A stretch of DNA of 24,074 nt from Candidatus Bipolaricaulia bacterium (GCA_042219045.1 JBDGQO010000058.1:1-24074); one strand, 5' to 3'; counted from the stretch's first letter, positions 8,281 to 19,220 are shown. Translations and numbers: made by a program. Notes: a model not told the origin generated them from the letters alone.

Positions 8281-9546
8281 CTAAGGCATCTGCCGCGATG
8301 GCGTCTGAACGTTAGGGGCCTGTTGCGTCAGCTCTGAGATAAGCGACCAGATCTGGGGATTCTGCACGTTCTTGCGGGCGTTGGAGCGCCCGATCATCCC
8401 GGCGCGCTGCAGGAGGTTGGACGCAGATGACGTGCTGCCCTCGTAGTGCATGGCCAGGCCTTTCTGCATGAGGCGCGAGTACTTGCTGCCGGGTCCGTGG
8501 CAGGCCTCGCAAGTGACGTCCATGGACTTCATTTGACTCATGATTCCGTCGATTTTCTGAGGCTCAGGCATCTCGCCCGTGGAGCGGGCCTCGCGCGCCA
8601 GCGCGATCAACTCGTTCTGACGTTCGGGATCGTCGACCGTCTGGGTGATCAGCACCTCGGCCAACCAGGGATGATTCAACAGATACGTCTTCCGGTTCTC
8701 CGAGGACTTGTAGGCGTCCTTGTACCAGCGCTTGACGTGCTTGACGTTGGATTGGGGGATGTAGGGCGCGCCGTTCGGGTTCGAGTTGCTGTGGCAACTG
8801 ACGCACGTCCGGGAACCGACGAACTCCAACGGCTTGCCCCGCGGCGTCACGTGGGTCAACTCCTCGATCCGTTTCGACTGAGGGTTGTCCGGAATGAACG
8901 GGGATTGGCGCGTGCCGTTGTCCTCGATCATGAACGTGTCCTTGTGGCGGCGCCACCAGGCCATGGCCCGTTCGATGGCGGCCTTGCGCTGTTCAACGGG
9001 GTCGCTGAAGACGAAGCCGAAGTCCTTGCCGGTCATCCAGCGAATGCGCTCGATGCCCTCTTGGCGGGTCATCTGGTCTGACGAGCGCAGCTCCTCCACG
9101 CTTTTGAGGAAGATCTCGTCGTAGCGGTCGCGCATGTACGTATGTGCCCGCTCGCTGTTGAGTGCCTGGGATTCGCCCCCGTGGCAGGCCGTGCAGCCGA
9201 CCTCGCCGAAGGGCATCTCGTCAAGCACGAAGACCTCCTCGTGCAGCGCGTTCTGATTGCGCAGCGGCGGCTTCTCAAAGCCCGACACGCCCTGGTTGAT
9301 GTGGCAGGACATGCACATGTCGGCCGTGCGGCCGGAGTCGGTGACGATCTTGGTGGTGTTGAGGCTGATCTGGCTCTCGATCTTGAGGCGATCGCTGACG
9401 GAGAGGTTGCCGTCTTCGCGCTTGGCGAGCTCGCTGTAGTAGGCCCGCTGCCACTGGCGCCATTCGGTGTCGTAGGAGTCGACGGCCCAGGCGGCGAAGC
9501 CAAGGAGGACGAGGATGCTGAAGACGGCGAAGACGCGTCGGATCAT
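8281..9546 (-). CDS. exported tetraheme c-type cytochrome
   Basis: N-terminal signal/TM segment; four CXXCH motifs (CMSCH, CTACH, CVSCH, CEACH); FVGSRTC..CH and VTCEACHGPGS are c554-like; start moved to ATG 9546. Confidence 0.88.
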   Translation of the reverse strand: MIRRVFAVFSILVLLGFAAWAVDSYDTEWRQWQRAYYSELAKREDGNLSVSDRLKIESQISLNTTKIVTDSGRTADMCMSCHINQGVSGFEKPPLRNQNALHEEVFVLDEMPFGEVGCTACHGGESQALNSERAHTYMRDRYDEIFLKSVEELRSSDQMTRQEGIERIRWMTGKDFGFVFSDPVEQRKAAIERAMAWWRRHKDTFMIEDNGTRQSPFIPDNPQSKRIEELTHVTPRGKPLEFVGSRTCVSCHSNSNPNGAPYIPQSNVKHVKRWYKDAYKSSENRKTYLLNHPWLAEVLITQTVDDPERQNELIALAREARSTGEMPEPQKIDGIMSQMKSMDVTCEACHGPGSKYSRLMQKGLAMHYEGSTSSASNLLQRAGMIGRSNARKNVQNPQIWSLISELTQQAPNVQTPSRQMP

Positions 9547-9558
9547 GGTGACACCTGC

Positions 9559-9587
9559 ATTATGCGCCTCAGGAAGCACGGCGTCAA
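9559..9587 (-). promoter_or_regulatory. sigma70 promoter of cytochrome gene
   Basis: TTGACG (9587-9582), 17 bp, CATAAT (9564-9559); ATG only 12 nt beyond the -10. Confidence 0.6.
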
Positions 9588-9693
9588 GGCGACGCCATGG
9601 GCGGAACGCGCTTCTTCAACCGGCTGAGCGTAAGGGGAGCCGACCGCGCGCTCGCCGGCGTTTCGACGGCGCTGCTGGCCGGGCTTGCCATCG

Positions 9694-10872
9694 CTAACCG
9701 CGGATCGGGGACGTGGGGATGCGCTCTTGCGCCTGCTCGCGGGCCCAACGATCGGCTTGCCACAGGTCGTCCATGTCGAAGACGGCACATGCATCATGGG
9801 CGTCGATCACCTCAGTTAAGCCGGTCGCAATTCGGTCGAACGGGATCTCGCCATTCAGGAACCGCTCGACGAGGATCTCGTCGGCGGCGTTGGCAACGGT
9901 TGGGGCCGTGCCGCCCTCTCGGCCGGCGTCGACGACGGCCCGAAAGGCCGGGTAGCGGGCGGGATCAAGCTCGCGAAACTCGAGCGTCCGGGCACGTGCA
10001 GGTGTCCTTTCTGCCGATCGCGCCCGGCGCTCGGGATGGGTCAGCGCGTACTGGATCGGCTCGCGCATGTCCGGCGGGCTGAGTGCCGCGCGCACGCCGC
10101 CGTCCCGGAGCTCGACCATGCCGTGCACGACGCTCTGCGGATGGATCACCGCGTCGATGCGCTCATAGGGCCAGCCGAACAGCCAATGGGCCTCGACGAC
10201 CTCCAGGGCTTTATTGACGAGCGTGGCCGAGTCGACGGTGATGCGGGCCCCCATGTCCCAAGTGGGATGGCTCAGCACGTCGTCGGGGGTGACGTCCGCG
10301 AGCGCATCCACGGGGACGTCGCGCAGCGCCCCGCCCGAGGCCGTGAGGACGAGCTTCTCCACGTCCTCGCGCGGGAGGCCCTCCAGCAACTGGAACAGGG
10401 CGCTGTGCTCGCTGTCGATCGGGATCAGCCGGGCATGGGAGCCGTCGTGGGCACGCCGAACGAGCGGGCCGCCGATGGCGAGCGACTCCTTGTTGGCCAG
10501 CGCCAGATCGATGTTGGCCTCCAAGGCGGCGAGCGTCGGTCGCAGCCCGACGGCCCCGACGAGCCCGTTGACGACCAAGTCGGCGCCGGACTCGCGCCCG
10601 AGCGCGTCGAGCGCATCCGGGCCCGCCGTAATCGTGACGTTGGCGACGTCCGGGTCGAGTTGGCGTCGCAGCTGGGCGGCGTCGGCCTCGTGGGCGACGT
10701 TGACCCGTCTCGGGCGGAACGCCCGAATCTGCTCCGCGAGGCGCTGGAGGTTCCGCCCGGCGGCCAATGCGACGACGTCGAAGCTGGGCTCCGCAGCGTT
10801 GAGCGCACGGATCACCTCCAGCGTCTGTGTGCCGATGGACCCGGTTGAGCCGAGCAGCGCGATGCGCTTCAT
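9694..10872 (-). CDS. dxr: 1-deoxy-D-xylulose-5-phosphate reductoisomerase
   Basis: LLGSTGSIGTQTL, LALANKESL, PIDSEHSALFQ, LTASGG, HPTWDMGARITVDSATLVNKALE, HPQSVVHGMVE. Confidence 0.98.
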   Translation of the reverse strand: MKRIALLGSTGSIGTQTLEVIRALNAAEPSFDVVALAAGRNLQRLAEQIRAFRPRRVNVAHEADAAQLRRQLDPDVANVTITAGPDALDALGRESGADLVVNGLVGAVGLRPTLAALEANIDLALANKESLAIGGPLVRRAHDGSHARLIPIDSEHSALFQLLEGLPREDVEKLVLTASGGALRDVPVDALADVTPDDVLSHPTWDMGARITVDSATLVNKALEVVEAHWLFGWPYERIDAVIHPQSVVHGMVELRDGGVRAALSPPDMREPIQYALTHPERRARSAERTPARARTLEFRELDPARYPAFRAVVDAGREGGTAPTVANAADEILVERFLNGEIPFDRIATGLTEVIDAHDACAVFDMDDLWQADRWAREQAQERIPTSPIRG

Positions 10873-10914
10873 GACGAGCTGCCGATCAACGGCGCGGGTT
10901 CGCGGTGGCCTCGC

Positions 10915-12813
<1,899 letters not shown>

Positions 12814-12863
12814 GCAAGGAGCTTTCTAAGAAACTGAGCGTGAGCCGATCTCACACAGGGGTG

Positions 12864-12892
12864 ATTCTATCTATCGGAAATGCGCGCTTCAA
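12864..12892 (-). promoter_or_regulatory. sigma70 promoter of ftsH-dxr
   Basis: TTGAAG (12892-12887), 17 bp, TAGAAT (12869-12864). Confidence 0.6.
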
Positions 12893-13803
12893 CTGGATTC
12901 AGCTGAGGCCGTGTCGCCGCGGAGGGCATCGACAACGCGCTGGGCAATCTCCCAACCCGCTCGGCGTTGGGCCTCAACCGTTTGAGCGCCGATATGCGGG
13001 GTGATGACCGCGCGCGGATGCGCGCGCAGCTGCTCGTCGTCGCAGAAGTCGGCGGCGTATCCCGCCAACCCGTCGGCGTCGAGGGCGCAGCGGACGGCCG
13101 TTTCGTCGACGAGGCCGCCGCGGGCCGTGTTGACGAGCCCGGCGTCGGGTTTGAGCCGCTCGATGAGCGGCTCGTTGAAGAGGTTTTCCGTCTCGGCGGT
13201 CAAGGGAACGTGGAGCGTCACGACGTCGCTGCTCGTGAGCAGCGTCTCCATCGGCACGAGATCCAGGCTCTCCTCGGCCTGGATCACGTCGTTGTCGACG
13301 TCATGGCCGATCGGGTGCATGCCGAAGGCCCGTCCGAGCTGCAACACCCGACGCCCGATCTGGCCGCAGCCGATGACGCCGAGCGTACGCCCCGCCAACT
13401 CGCGCCCGTGGTCCGACGGCTTCGTGCGCGTGCCCCAGACCGAGGGAAGATGGCGCGCCATCGCGATCGTCAACCCGAACGTCAGCTCGGCGACCGCATT
13501 GGCGTTGGCGCCGGGGGTGTTGAGGACCGCGACCTCGGCCTCGCGGGCCGCGTCGAGGTCGATGTTGTCCAGCCCGCTGCCGGCTCGGCCGACCACGCGG
13601 AGGTGGAGGGCCCGCTCGATCAGCTCGGTCGTGATTTTGGTGCGACTGCGGACGATGAGCGCGTCGACGTCCGAGATCCGGTCGGCCAGCTCCTCGGCCG
13701 AGATGCCCGGCCGGTTGACGAGCTCAACGTCGGTTTGCTCCGCCAGCCATGCGAGCGCGTCGTCGTGGATCGAGTCGCAGACGAGGACCTTGTCGGCGGC
13801 CAT
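12889..13803 (-). CDS. D-isomer-specific 2-hydroxyacid dehydrogenase (short D-3-phosphoglycerate dehydrogenase-like, no ACT domain)
   Basis: LIVRSRTKIT, GRAGSGLDNID, NTPGANANAVAE, GCGQIG, LHVPLT, NTARGGLVDE, TPHIGAQT; homology begins at MAADKVLVCD (ATG 13803). Confidence 0.88.
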   Translation of the reverse strand: MAADKVLVCDSIHDDALAWLAEQTDVELVNRPGISAEELADRISDVDALIVRSRTKITTELIERALHLRVVGRAGSGLDNIDLDAAREAEVAVLNTPGANANAVAELTFGLTIAMARHLPSVWGTRTKPSDHGRELAGRTLGVIGCGQIGRRVLQLGRAFGMHPIGHDVDNDVIQAEESLDLVPMETLLTSSDVVTLHVPLTAETENLFNEPLIERLKPDAGLVNTARGGLVDETAVRCALDADGLAGYAADFCDDEQLRAHPRAVITPHIGAQTVEAQRRAGWEIAQRVVDALRGDTASAESS

Positions 13804-13813
13804 AATGGCCCCA

Positions 13814-13877
13814 AATCTAGCAAGCGGGGCCCGACTCGGCAACCAGATTGCACCGCTTGAAGGCCCCCTGCTATCAT
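13814..13877. promoter_or_regulatory. back-to-back divergent sigma70 promoters
   Basis: minus: TTGCCG (13842-13837)-17-TAGATT (13819-13814) with TG extension; plus: TTGCAC (13848-13853)-18-TATCAT (13872-13877) with TG extension. Confidence 0.55.
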
Positions 13878-13885
13878 GCGTCGCT

Positions 13886-16800
13886 ATGATTCCCCAACGA
13901 AAGCGAAATTCAGCTTGTTCATGGGTATGGCTATTGCCGCTCATTCCGGTCATTCTCGCACTGGCCGGCCCAACGGTCGCGGCCGTGACCTCCCAAAAGC
14001 CGTCTGCGCAAACCCCATCCCTCGAGCCCGAGCAGGGCGCCCAGACGCCCTCAAGCGAACTCGAATCGCCGCTGCCGCCGTCGGAAGCGGGAAGCGCGCA
14101 GACGCCCTCGATCCAACTGGACGGCAGCGTCAACTGGCTGGCGCGCTACGCGCTCGGGGACGGGCGTGGCCTGTCCGTCAAAAACTACAGCAAGGGCTTC
14201 ACGTTCTCGCAGTCGATCACGCTGAACACCGATATCAAGGTTCCCGTGGACCAGATTGACGCGACGCTGGCGCTTTTGGCGGATCTGGACACGAGCCAGC
14301 CGGGCTTCCTCCAGTCCGTCGGCTTGGCCCTCAATGGGGATCGCTGGTCGGCCGAGTACGGCGATTTTCCGATGGGCCGCAAGGGGAGCCCGTTTGCGGC
14401 TTCGGGCCGCACGCTCACGGGCGTCAAAGGCACCTGGAAGGCCTCCGACGTGCTCAGCGTCCAGGGGACGGTCGCCCAAGTTTCGGGCGTGAAGCAGACG
14501 AAGACCTTCCGCGGCAACACCGCCCAAGAGACCGTCCGGTTCGCCTTCCATCCGCCGGATCGCCCGTTGCAGAACGTGCCCTACACGCGCAACTTGAACG
14601 GCCTGCAGTATTTCCCGCTGGGGACCGACTACGTGGAAGGGTTCACCACCATCGAGTTGGCATTTGCCACCGACGGTTCGGGCTTGTCGAGTGTCCTCGA
14701 GAACTACGGCCTGGGATTTCTGACCGAGACGATCCAGAACGACCCGGCGCGCAAGCTGGATTCGGGCGGCTACGCCGTCGTCTTCACCGGCGAGGAATAC
14801 TTCCTGGTTCTCAAACGCAAATACCTCGCGCTCATCCGGGATCGGCTCCGGACTTACATCGACGACTACAACACCGAGCAGGGCCTCACGGGCGACGAGG
14901 CCGAGTCGTATCCCTTAACGGAAGGCACGCAATACGAGCAGACGTTTCTCAAGGCGCTCAGCGACAGCGTCCGGATCGAGGTCGACTCGCAGACGTTTGC
15001 GCTCGAGGACGCCCAGCGCCAGCGCTTCTACGCGCTCGGCCGCACCAAGGTCAAAGCCGATTCCGTCAGCGTGAAGGTCAAGCGCGACGAGGAGTTCGTC
15101 GCCATTGACGATCCCGAGCTGGCCGAGTTCTCGACGGAGGTCTACGGCGAGCCGGGCGTGATCGGGCTTGAAGCGCCCGACGCGTTCTTCGAGAACGAGG
15201 ATCATGCCGTCAAAGCGACGTTCCGCTACCGCGCCGAGTCGCAAGCCTACGTGCTGGGGTTGTCAGTGCTGCCGGGCAGCGAGGCGGTTTTCCTCAACGG
15301 CGAGCAGCTCACCAAGGGCCAGGACTACTTCATGCAGTACGAGGAGGGCGTGCTCGTGCTGCAGCGACAGCTCGACCCCGACGACAAGCTGCGGATCGAG
15401 TATGAAACGGCCCGTGGCGGGCTGTTCGGCGCCAGCAACTACAGCCGCTCCTTCCAGGGGACAACGCTGCAATACACCCCCTCGGAGGATCTGTCGCTCA
15501 ACGTCGATCTCTTCCGCGTCGCGGACACGCTGCAGGGCGACGTCAATCCCGAGACGATCGCCACGATGCCGAACACCCACTGGGTCGCCGGCGTGAGCGG
15601 CCAATGGCAGGCCAACGGCTACACCGCGAACGTCTCGCTCGGCGCCGCGCTCAATCGCTTCCCGCCCGACGACAACCAGAAGGAGAACCTCCCGAACCGC
15701 GTCAAGGCGATCCGCTCGCTGTCCGTTGGAGGGCGAGAGTTGGTGCTCGTCGGCCATCGTGACGGCTTGACCGTCTACGACGGGCTCAACTGGAGCAGCT
15801 ACAGCGCCACTCAGGGGCTGCTGGCTGGGCCGACCGTCCACGACATCGCGTCGGCGCCGGGCCGGGCGCTCATCGCGACCTCGGGCGGCGTGTCGGTGGT
15901 CGACCTTGCCTCGGGCACCCCGAGCGCCAGCTTCGCCCGCCGATCCAATTGGACCACAGTCGGGGCCCTCGAGGGCTTGCCGTCGTCGACGGCCTATGCC
16001 GTGCAGGTGACGAACAACGTCGTCTGGGTCGGCACCAACCGCGGCCTGGCAACCGCCCCGCTCAGCAAGATCACCGACCCGCAGGCGTGGACCGCCTATC
16101 GGGCTGCGGACGACAACGGCCTGCCGAGCGATCGGATCGCGCATCTGGCAACCGCGGGCGGGACGCTCTACGTCGGCACGGATCAGGGCCTCGTTCGGTA
16201 TCGCGCGACGGCGGAGACGTTCGAGCCCGTGCCGGGCTTGAGCGCCACGACGATTCACGATTTGGCGGCCGCCGACAACACGCTCTATGTCGCCACGGAC
16301 ACCGGCGTGCGCACCATTTCCGACGGCCGCGGCGTCGGCTGGCCCGTCTTCGGCAAGGCCGTCCAGACCGTCGACGTCCGGAACGGCACGCTCTGGTACG
16401 GCACCAAGGGCGGGCTGTTCTCGGGCGACGGGCAACGCATCGAACCCGCCCGCGGCCGCTCGATCACCGCCATCGGCCACACGAGCGAGACCGTCTGGGC
16501 CGGCGAACGGGCGGACGAGGCGTTCGACCTTCGGCTCTATCGCGTCGGGGGGCCCGAGCTGAGCGTCGACGTGCTAAAGGCCCCGACGACGGGGCTGGAC
16601 GGACGCACGGAGAATCGCTATCGCCCCGTTCCGGCGAGCAAGCACACGGAGACCGGCTGGCAAGGCCGCGCCTCGATCAGCAAGGCGTTCGGCCCCTTGA
16701 CGCTGAGCGGGAGGCTGCAGAGCGTCTCGCCCGGCTTCAGCCCGGTGGGGGCGTTCCAGAACTCGGATCGTCACAGCATTCGGCTGGGGGCCGACTACGC

Positions 16801-18076
16801 GATCAGCGAGAACGTGAGCCTGAGCGCGTTCCACGAAGAGGGGCTGCTGGGGCTGTTCGACGCCCCGTATCAGCGCATTCGTGACGGGTTGGGCGTCTCC
16901 ATCGAGACGGACAACGGGCCGACCATCTCGCTGGATTCCACGCTGAAGCGGATCGATCGGCGTTCCGAGACGCCGGGATTCGACGAGCGCGAGACGGTCT
17001 ACAAGGCCTCGGCGAGTCAGAGCTTGTGGGACGATCAAGTGACGCTCCAGGTTGCCTACAATCGCACGGGCACGGAGAACTTGGCGAATCCGGACCGATC
17101 GAAGGTCAAGAGCCGAATTTCGACCAATGCCACCGTCAAAGCTCCGTACGGCATCGACGTCAACGTCGGGTACGAGCAGCCGCTGACGTGGAGCTTCGGC
17201 CGGGTGTCGGGCGAGCGGACGCTGAACTGGGGCGCGTCGTGGTCCAACTCCGTCTCCCTCGGTCGGCTGCCGTTGTCGCTGCAGGCCAATTACAGCGGGT
17301 CCGGGCAGCTCCCCGCCCGCGGCGCTCAGCGGGTGACGCTGGATCAGAACGCCTCGCTTGAGGCCCAAGGGGCGACGCTGAGCCTCGGATCGGGCACGGT
17401 CACGCCCAGCGCCTCGGTCTCCGTCAACGTCGTTGACCTCCTCGGCGACAACCGTCGCCTGAAAATCAACGGCCAAGGGACCGTGCGCGGCAACCTGGGC
17501 AACGTCGAAAGCCGGCTCAACTACGAGCGCCAACAGACGTTCCAGGCCTACAGCAATCTGACGCGCACGAGCGACACGGCCAACGTCTCGCTCAGCTATC
17601 TGGGGATTCCCAATCTCGAGCCGACGCTGCGGTTCTCCGGCAATCTGGACACCTTCTCGCACCCGATCTTCGGCCAAATCACCAACGTCAACTACGAGGT
17701 CGCCACGGAGGCGGCCTGGAAGCCCGGTGGCCCGTGGAGCGCCAACTTGTCGCTGTCGCGAAGCGCTCGCAGCGCCGACCGCGAGGGGACTCAGCTCGTG
17801 ACGTACGCGTTCACCCAGCGGATCAGCTACCAGCTCATGCCCGAGCTGAAACCCAGTCTGCGCCTCAACGCCAAGTACCGCCAGGGGACGGAGCGGAATC
17901 GCAAGGTCAACGAGCTGCGCAGCGAGATCAATCTGGAAGCTCAGGTGACGCCGATTCCCGGCTGGAGCGCGACGGTGACGGGGACGTATCTCTTCGGCGT
18001 GGACGCCGCGCAAGCCGGGCAAGACTACAACAGCTTCGCGATCAGCGTGGACTTCGGCCGGGACTTTTCGTTCTGA
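13886..18076 (+). CDS. large SprA-like outer-membrane beta-barrel protein with internal beta-propeller
   Basis: signal peptide after MIPQRKRN; FSQSITLN...EYGDF...RTLTGVK...VAQVSGVKQTKTFRG and LGLSVLPGSEAVFLNGEQLTKGQDYFMQYEEG resemble SprA N-terminal segments; LPS..I..L....VWVGT..GL propeller blades; amphipathic strands ending in DFSF; 1396 aa. Confidence 0.7.
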   Translation: MIPQRKRNSACSWVWLLPLIPVILALAGPTVAAVTSQKPSAQTPSLEPEQGAQTPSSELESPLPPSEAGSAQTPSIQLDGSVNWLARYALGDGRGLSVKNYSKGFTFSQSITLNTDIKVPVDQIDATLALLADLDTSQPGFLQSVGLALNGDRWSAEYGDFPMGRKGSPFAASGRTLTGVKGTWKASDVLSVQGTVAQVSGVKQTKTFRGNTAQETVRFAFHPPDRPLQNVPYTRNLNGLQYFPLGTDYVEGFTTIELAFATDGSGLSSVLENYGLGFLTETIQNDPARKLDSGGYAVVFTGEEYFLVLKRKYLALIRDRLRTYIDDYNTEQGLTGDEAESYPLTEGTQYEQTFLKALSDSVRIEVDSQTFALEDAQRQRFYALGRTKVKADSVSVKVKRDEEFVAIDDPELAEFSTEVYGEPGVIGLEAPDAFFENEDHAVKATFRYRAESQAYVLGLSVLPGSEAVFLNGEQLTKGQDYFMQYEEGVLVLQRQLDPDDKLRIEYETARGGLFGASNYSRSFQGTTLQYTPSEDLSLNVDLFRVADTLQGDVNPETIATMPNTHWVAGVSGQWQANGYTANVSLGAALNRFPPDDNQKENLPNRVKAIRSLSVGGRELVLVGHRDGLTVYDGLNWSSYSATQGLLAGPTVHDIASAPGRALIATSGGVSVVDLASGTPSASFARRSNWTTVGALEGLPSSTAYAVQVTNNVVWVGTNRGLATAPLSKITDPQAWTAYRAADDNGLPSDRIAHLATAGGTLYVGTDQGLVRYRATAETFEPVPGLSATTIHDLAAADNTLYVATDTGVRTISDGRGVGWPVFGKAVQTVDVRNGTLWYGTKGGLFSGDGQRIEPARGRSITAIGHTSETVWAGERADEAFDLRLYRVGGPELSVDVLKAPTTGLDGRTENRYRPVPASKHTETGWQGRASISKAFGPLTLSGRLQSVSPGFSPVGAFQNSDRHSIRLGADYAISENVSLSAFHEEGLLGLFDAPYQRIRDGLGVSIETDNGPTISLDSTLKRIDRRSETPGFDERETVYKASASQSLWDDQVTLQVAYNRTGTENLANPDRSKVKSRISTNATVKAPYGIDVNVGYEQPLTWSFGRVSGERTLNWGASWSNSVSLGRLPLSLQANYSGSGQLPARGAQRVTLDQNASLEAQGATLSLGSGTVTPSASVSVNVVDLLGDNRRLKINGQGTVRGNLGNVESRLNYERQQTFQAYSNLTRTSDTANVSLSYLGIPNLEPTLRFSGNLDTFSHPIFGQITNVNYEVATEAAWKPGGPWSANLSLSRSARSADREGTQLVTYAFTQRISYQLMPELKPSLRLNAKYRQGTERNRKVNELRSEINLEAQVTPIPGWSATVTGTYLFGVDAAQAGQDYNSFAISVDFGRDFSF

Positions 18077-18084
18077 GGGGACCG

Positions 18085-18178
18085 CTGACAACGGATACAC
18101 AACAGATTGGCGGATAAAGGTCATGGACCGCTGACGTTGCGCCGTTCATGCGCTAATCCGTTAGCTATCCGTTGACAG
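18085..18178. repeat. long imperfect inverted repeat between convergent genes (ACGGAT/ATCCGT motif element; possible bidirectional terminator)
   Basis: CTGACAACGGATA 18085-18097 vs TATCCGTTGACAG 18166-18178; AACAGATTGGCG 18101-18112 vs CGCTAATCCGTT 18151-18162; CATGGAC 18122-18128 vs GTTCATG 18144-18150. Confidence 0.6.
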
Positions 18179-18200
18179 TCGACGTAGGAAGGGTCGAGCC

Positions 18201-19220
18201 TTACGGATCGTCCGGCGGGCAGACGTCCGGGCGCAGTTCGAGCGCGCAGAGGACGGGGTTCGGCGTGCCGAAGACCGCGGAGATGGAGACCCGATGGACC
18301 CACGGCAGGTCCGTGTGGGCGACCAGGGCGTAGTCGAGCTTCAGGTCGCCGGCTCGGATCCCGAAGCCGAGGCTCGGTTTCAGCATGACGCCCTCGTTGC
18401 GGATCCCGCCGCGCACGTAGAGCTCGCCGAGGCCGAGGCCACCAAAGTCCAGATGGGGCCGCGTCCACTCGCCGCCGAGGTGGAACGTCCCGTCGGCTTC
18501 CACGTCCATGGCGACGGTAAAGCCGCCCGTGAGCGTCCCGGCGACGCCGAGGCGCAGGCCCGGTCCCCAGCTCTCGGTATGGCCGCTGCCGTAGGTGATG
18601 CCGGGACTGAGCAGGTCCGTGGCCATCATGCCGACGCGGAGCTTCTCCATGGGAATGCCCAGGGGCTCGAGCCGGATCTCGCGGAACAGCAAGCTCGGCG
18701 AGAGCGAAAACGTCGTGCCGCTGCCGCCGGGCAGCGTGCCGACGCTGTAGGTCTTCAGCTTCAGCCCCATCGACAGGGGCAGGCCGATGCCGAGCGTGCG
18801 ATCCAGGGACACGCCGCCGCCGAGGGTGATCCCGATCTGGCCATAGTTCAACGAGCCCTGGCCTTGGCCGCTCGCGTCGCGCCGGGTGGCGCCGCCCACG
18901 GACATGAACGCCAGTTGGCCGCCGACGTTGGGCAGCACGACTGAGGCGGTTCCCGAACTCACTTTGGCGAAGCGGCTCTCGAAGCGCCCGTGCACGAAGA
19001 GCTCGCGCAGCGTCGACAACCCGGCCGGGTTGTAGAAGAGCGCGTTCTCGTCGTCGGCCATGGCCACGAACGCGCCGCCCATGGCGAGGGGGCGTGCTCC
19101 CTTCTCGAGCTGGAACAGCCCCACAAGCTCTTGGCTCTGGGCCGACGGCCCGACCAGGATCAACGCCCCGGCCAGGACGATCGCTACGGCTATCAGGGAT
19201 GGAACGATTCGCGCCGTCAT
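18201..19220 (-). CDS. PorV/PorQ family (UPF0164, FadL-like) outer-membrane protein, copy 1
   Basis: signal peptide; GARPLAMGGAFVAMADDENALFYNPAGL signature; LDYAL...HRVSISAVF terminal strands. Confidence 0.85.
   Translation of the reverse strand: MTARIVPSLIAVAIVLAGALILVGPSAQSQELVGLFQLEKGARPLAMGGAFVAMADDENALFYNPAGLSTLRELFVHGRFESRFAKVSSGTASVVLPNVGGQLAFMSVGGATRRDASGQGQGSLNYGQIGITLGGGVSLDRTLGIGLPLSMGLKLKTYSVGTLPGGSGTTFSLSPSLLFREIRLEPLGIPMEKLRVGMMATDLLSPGITYGSGHTESWGPGLRLGVAGTLTGGFTVAMDVEADGTFHLGGEWTRPHLDFGGLGLGELYVRGGIRNEGVMLKPSLGFGIRAGDLKLDYALVAHTDLPWVHRVSISAVFGTPNPVLCALELRPDVCPPDDP

Noticed and set aside
13001..13885. N-terminal 295 aa of the 1691-aa ORF
   Set aside because: Antisense to the dehydrogenase gene and S/R-rich; the signal peptide and promoter point to ATG 13886
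13804..14133. 110-aa N-terminal extension of the dehydrogenase ORF
   Set aside because: Overlaps the divergent gene; homology starts at MAADKVLV
15688..16620. Hybrid two-component sensor suggested by propeller repeats
   Set aside because: No TM helix, histidine kinase or receiver domain; the protein ends in barrel strands and Phe
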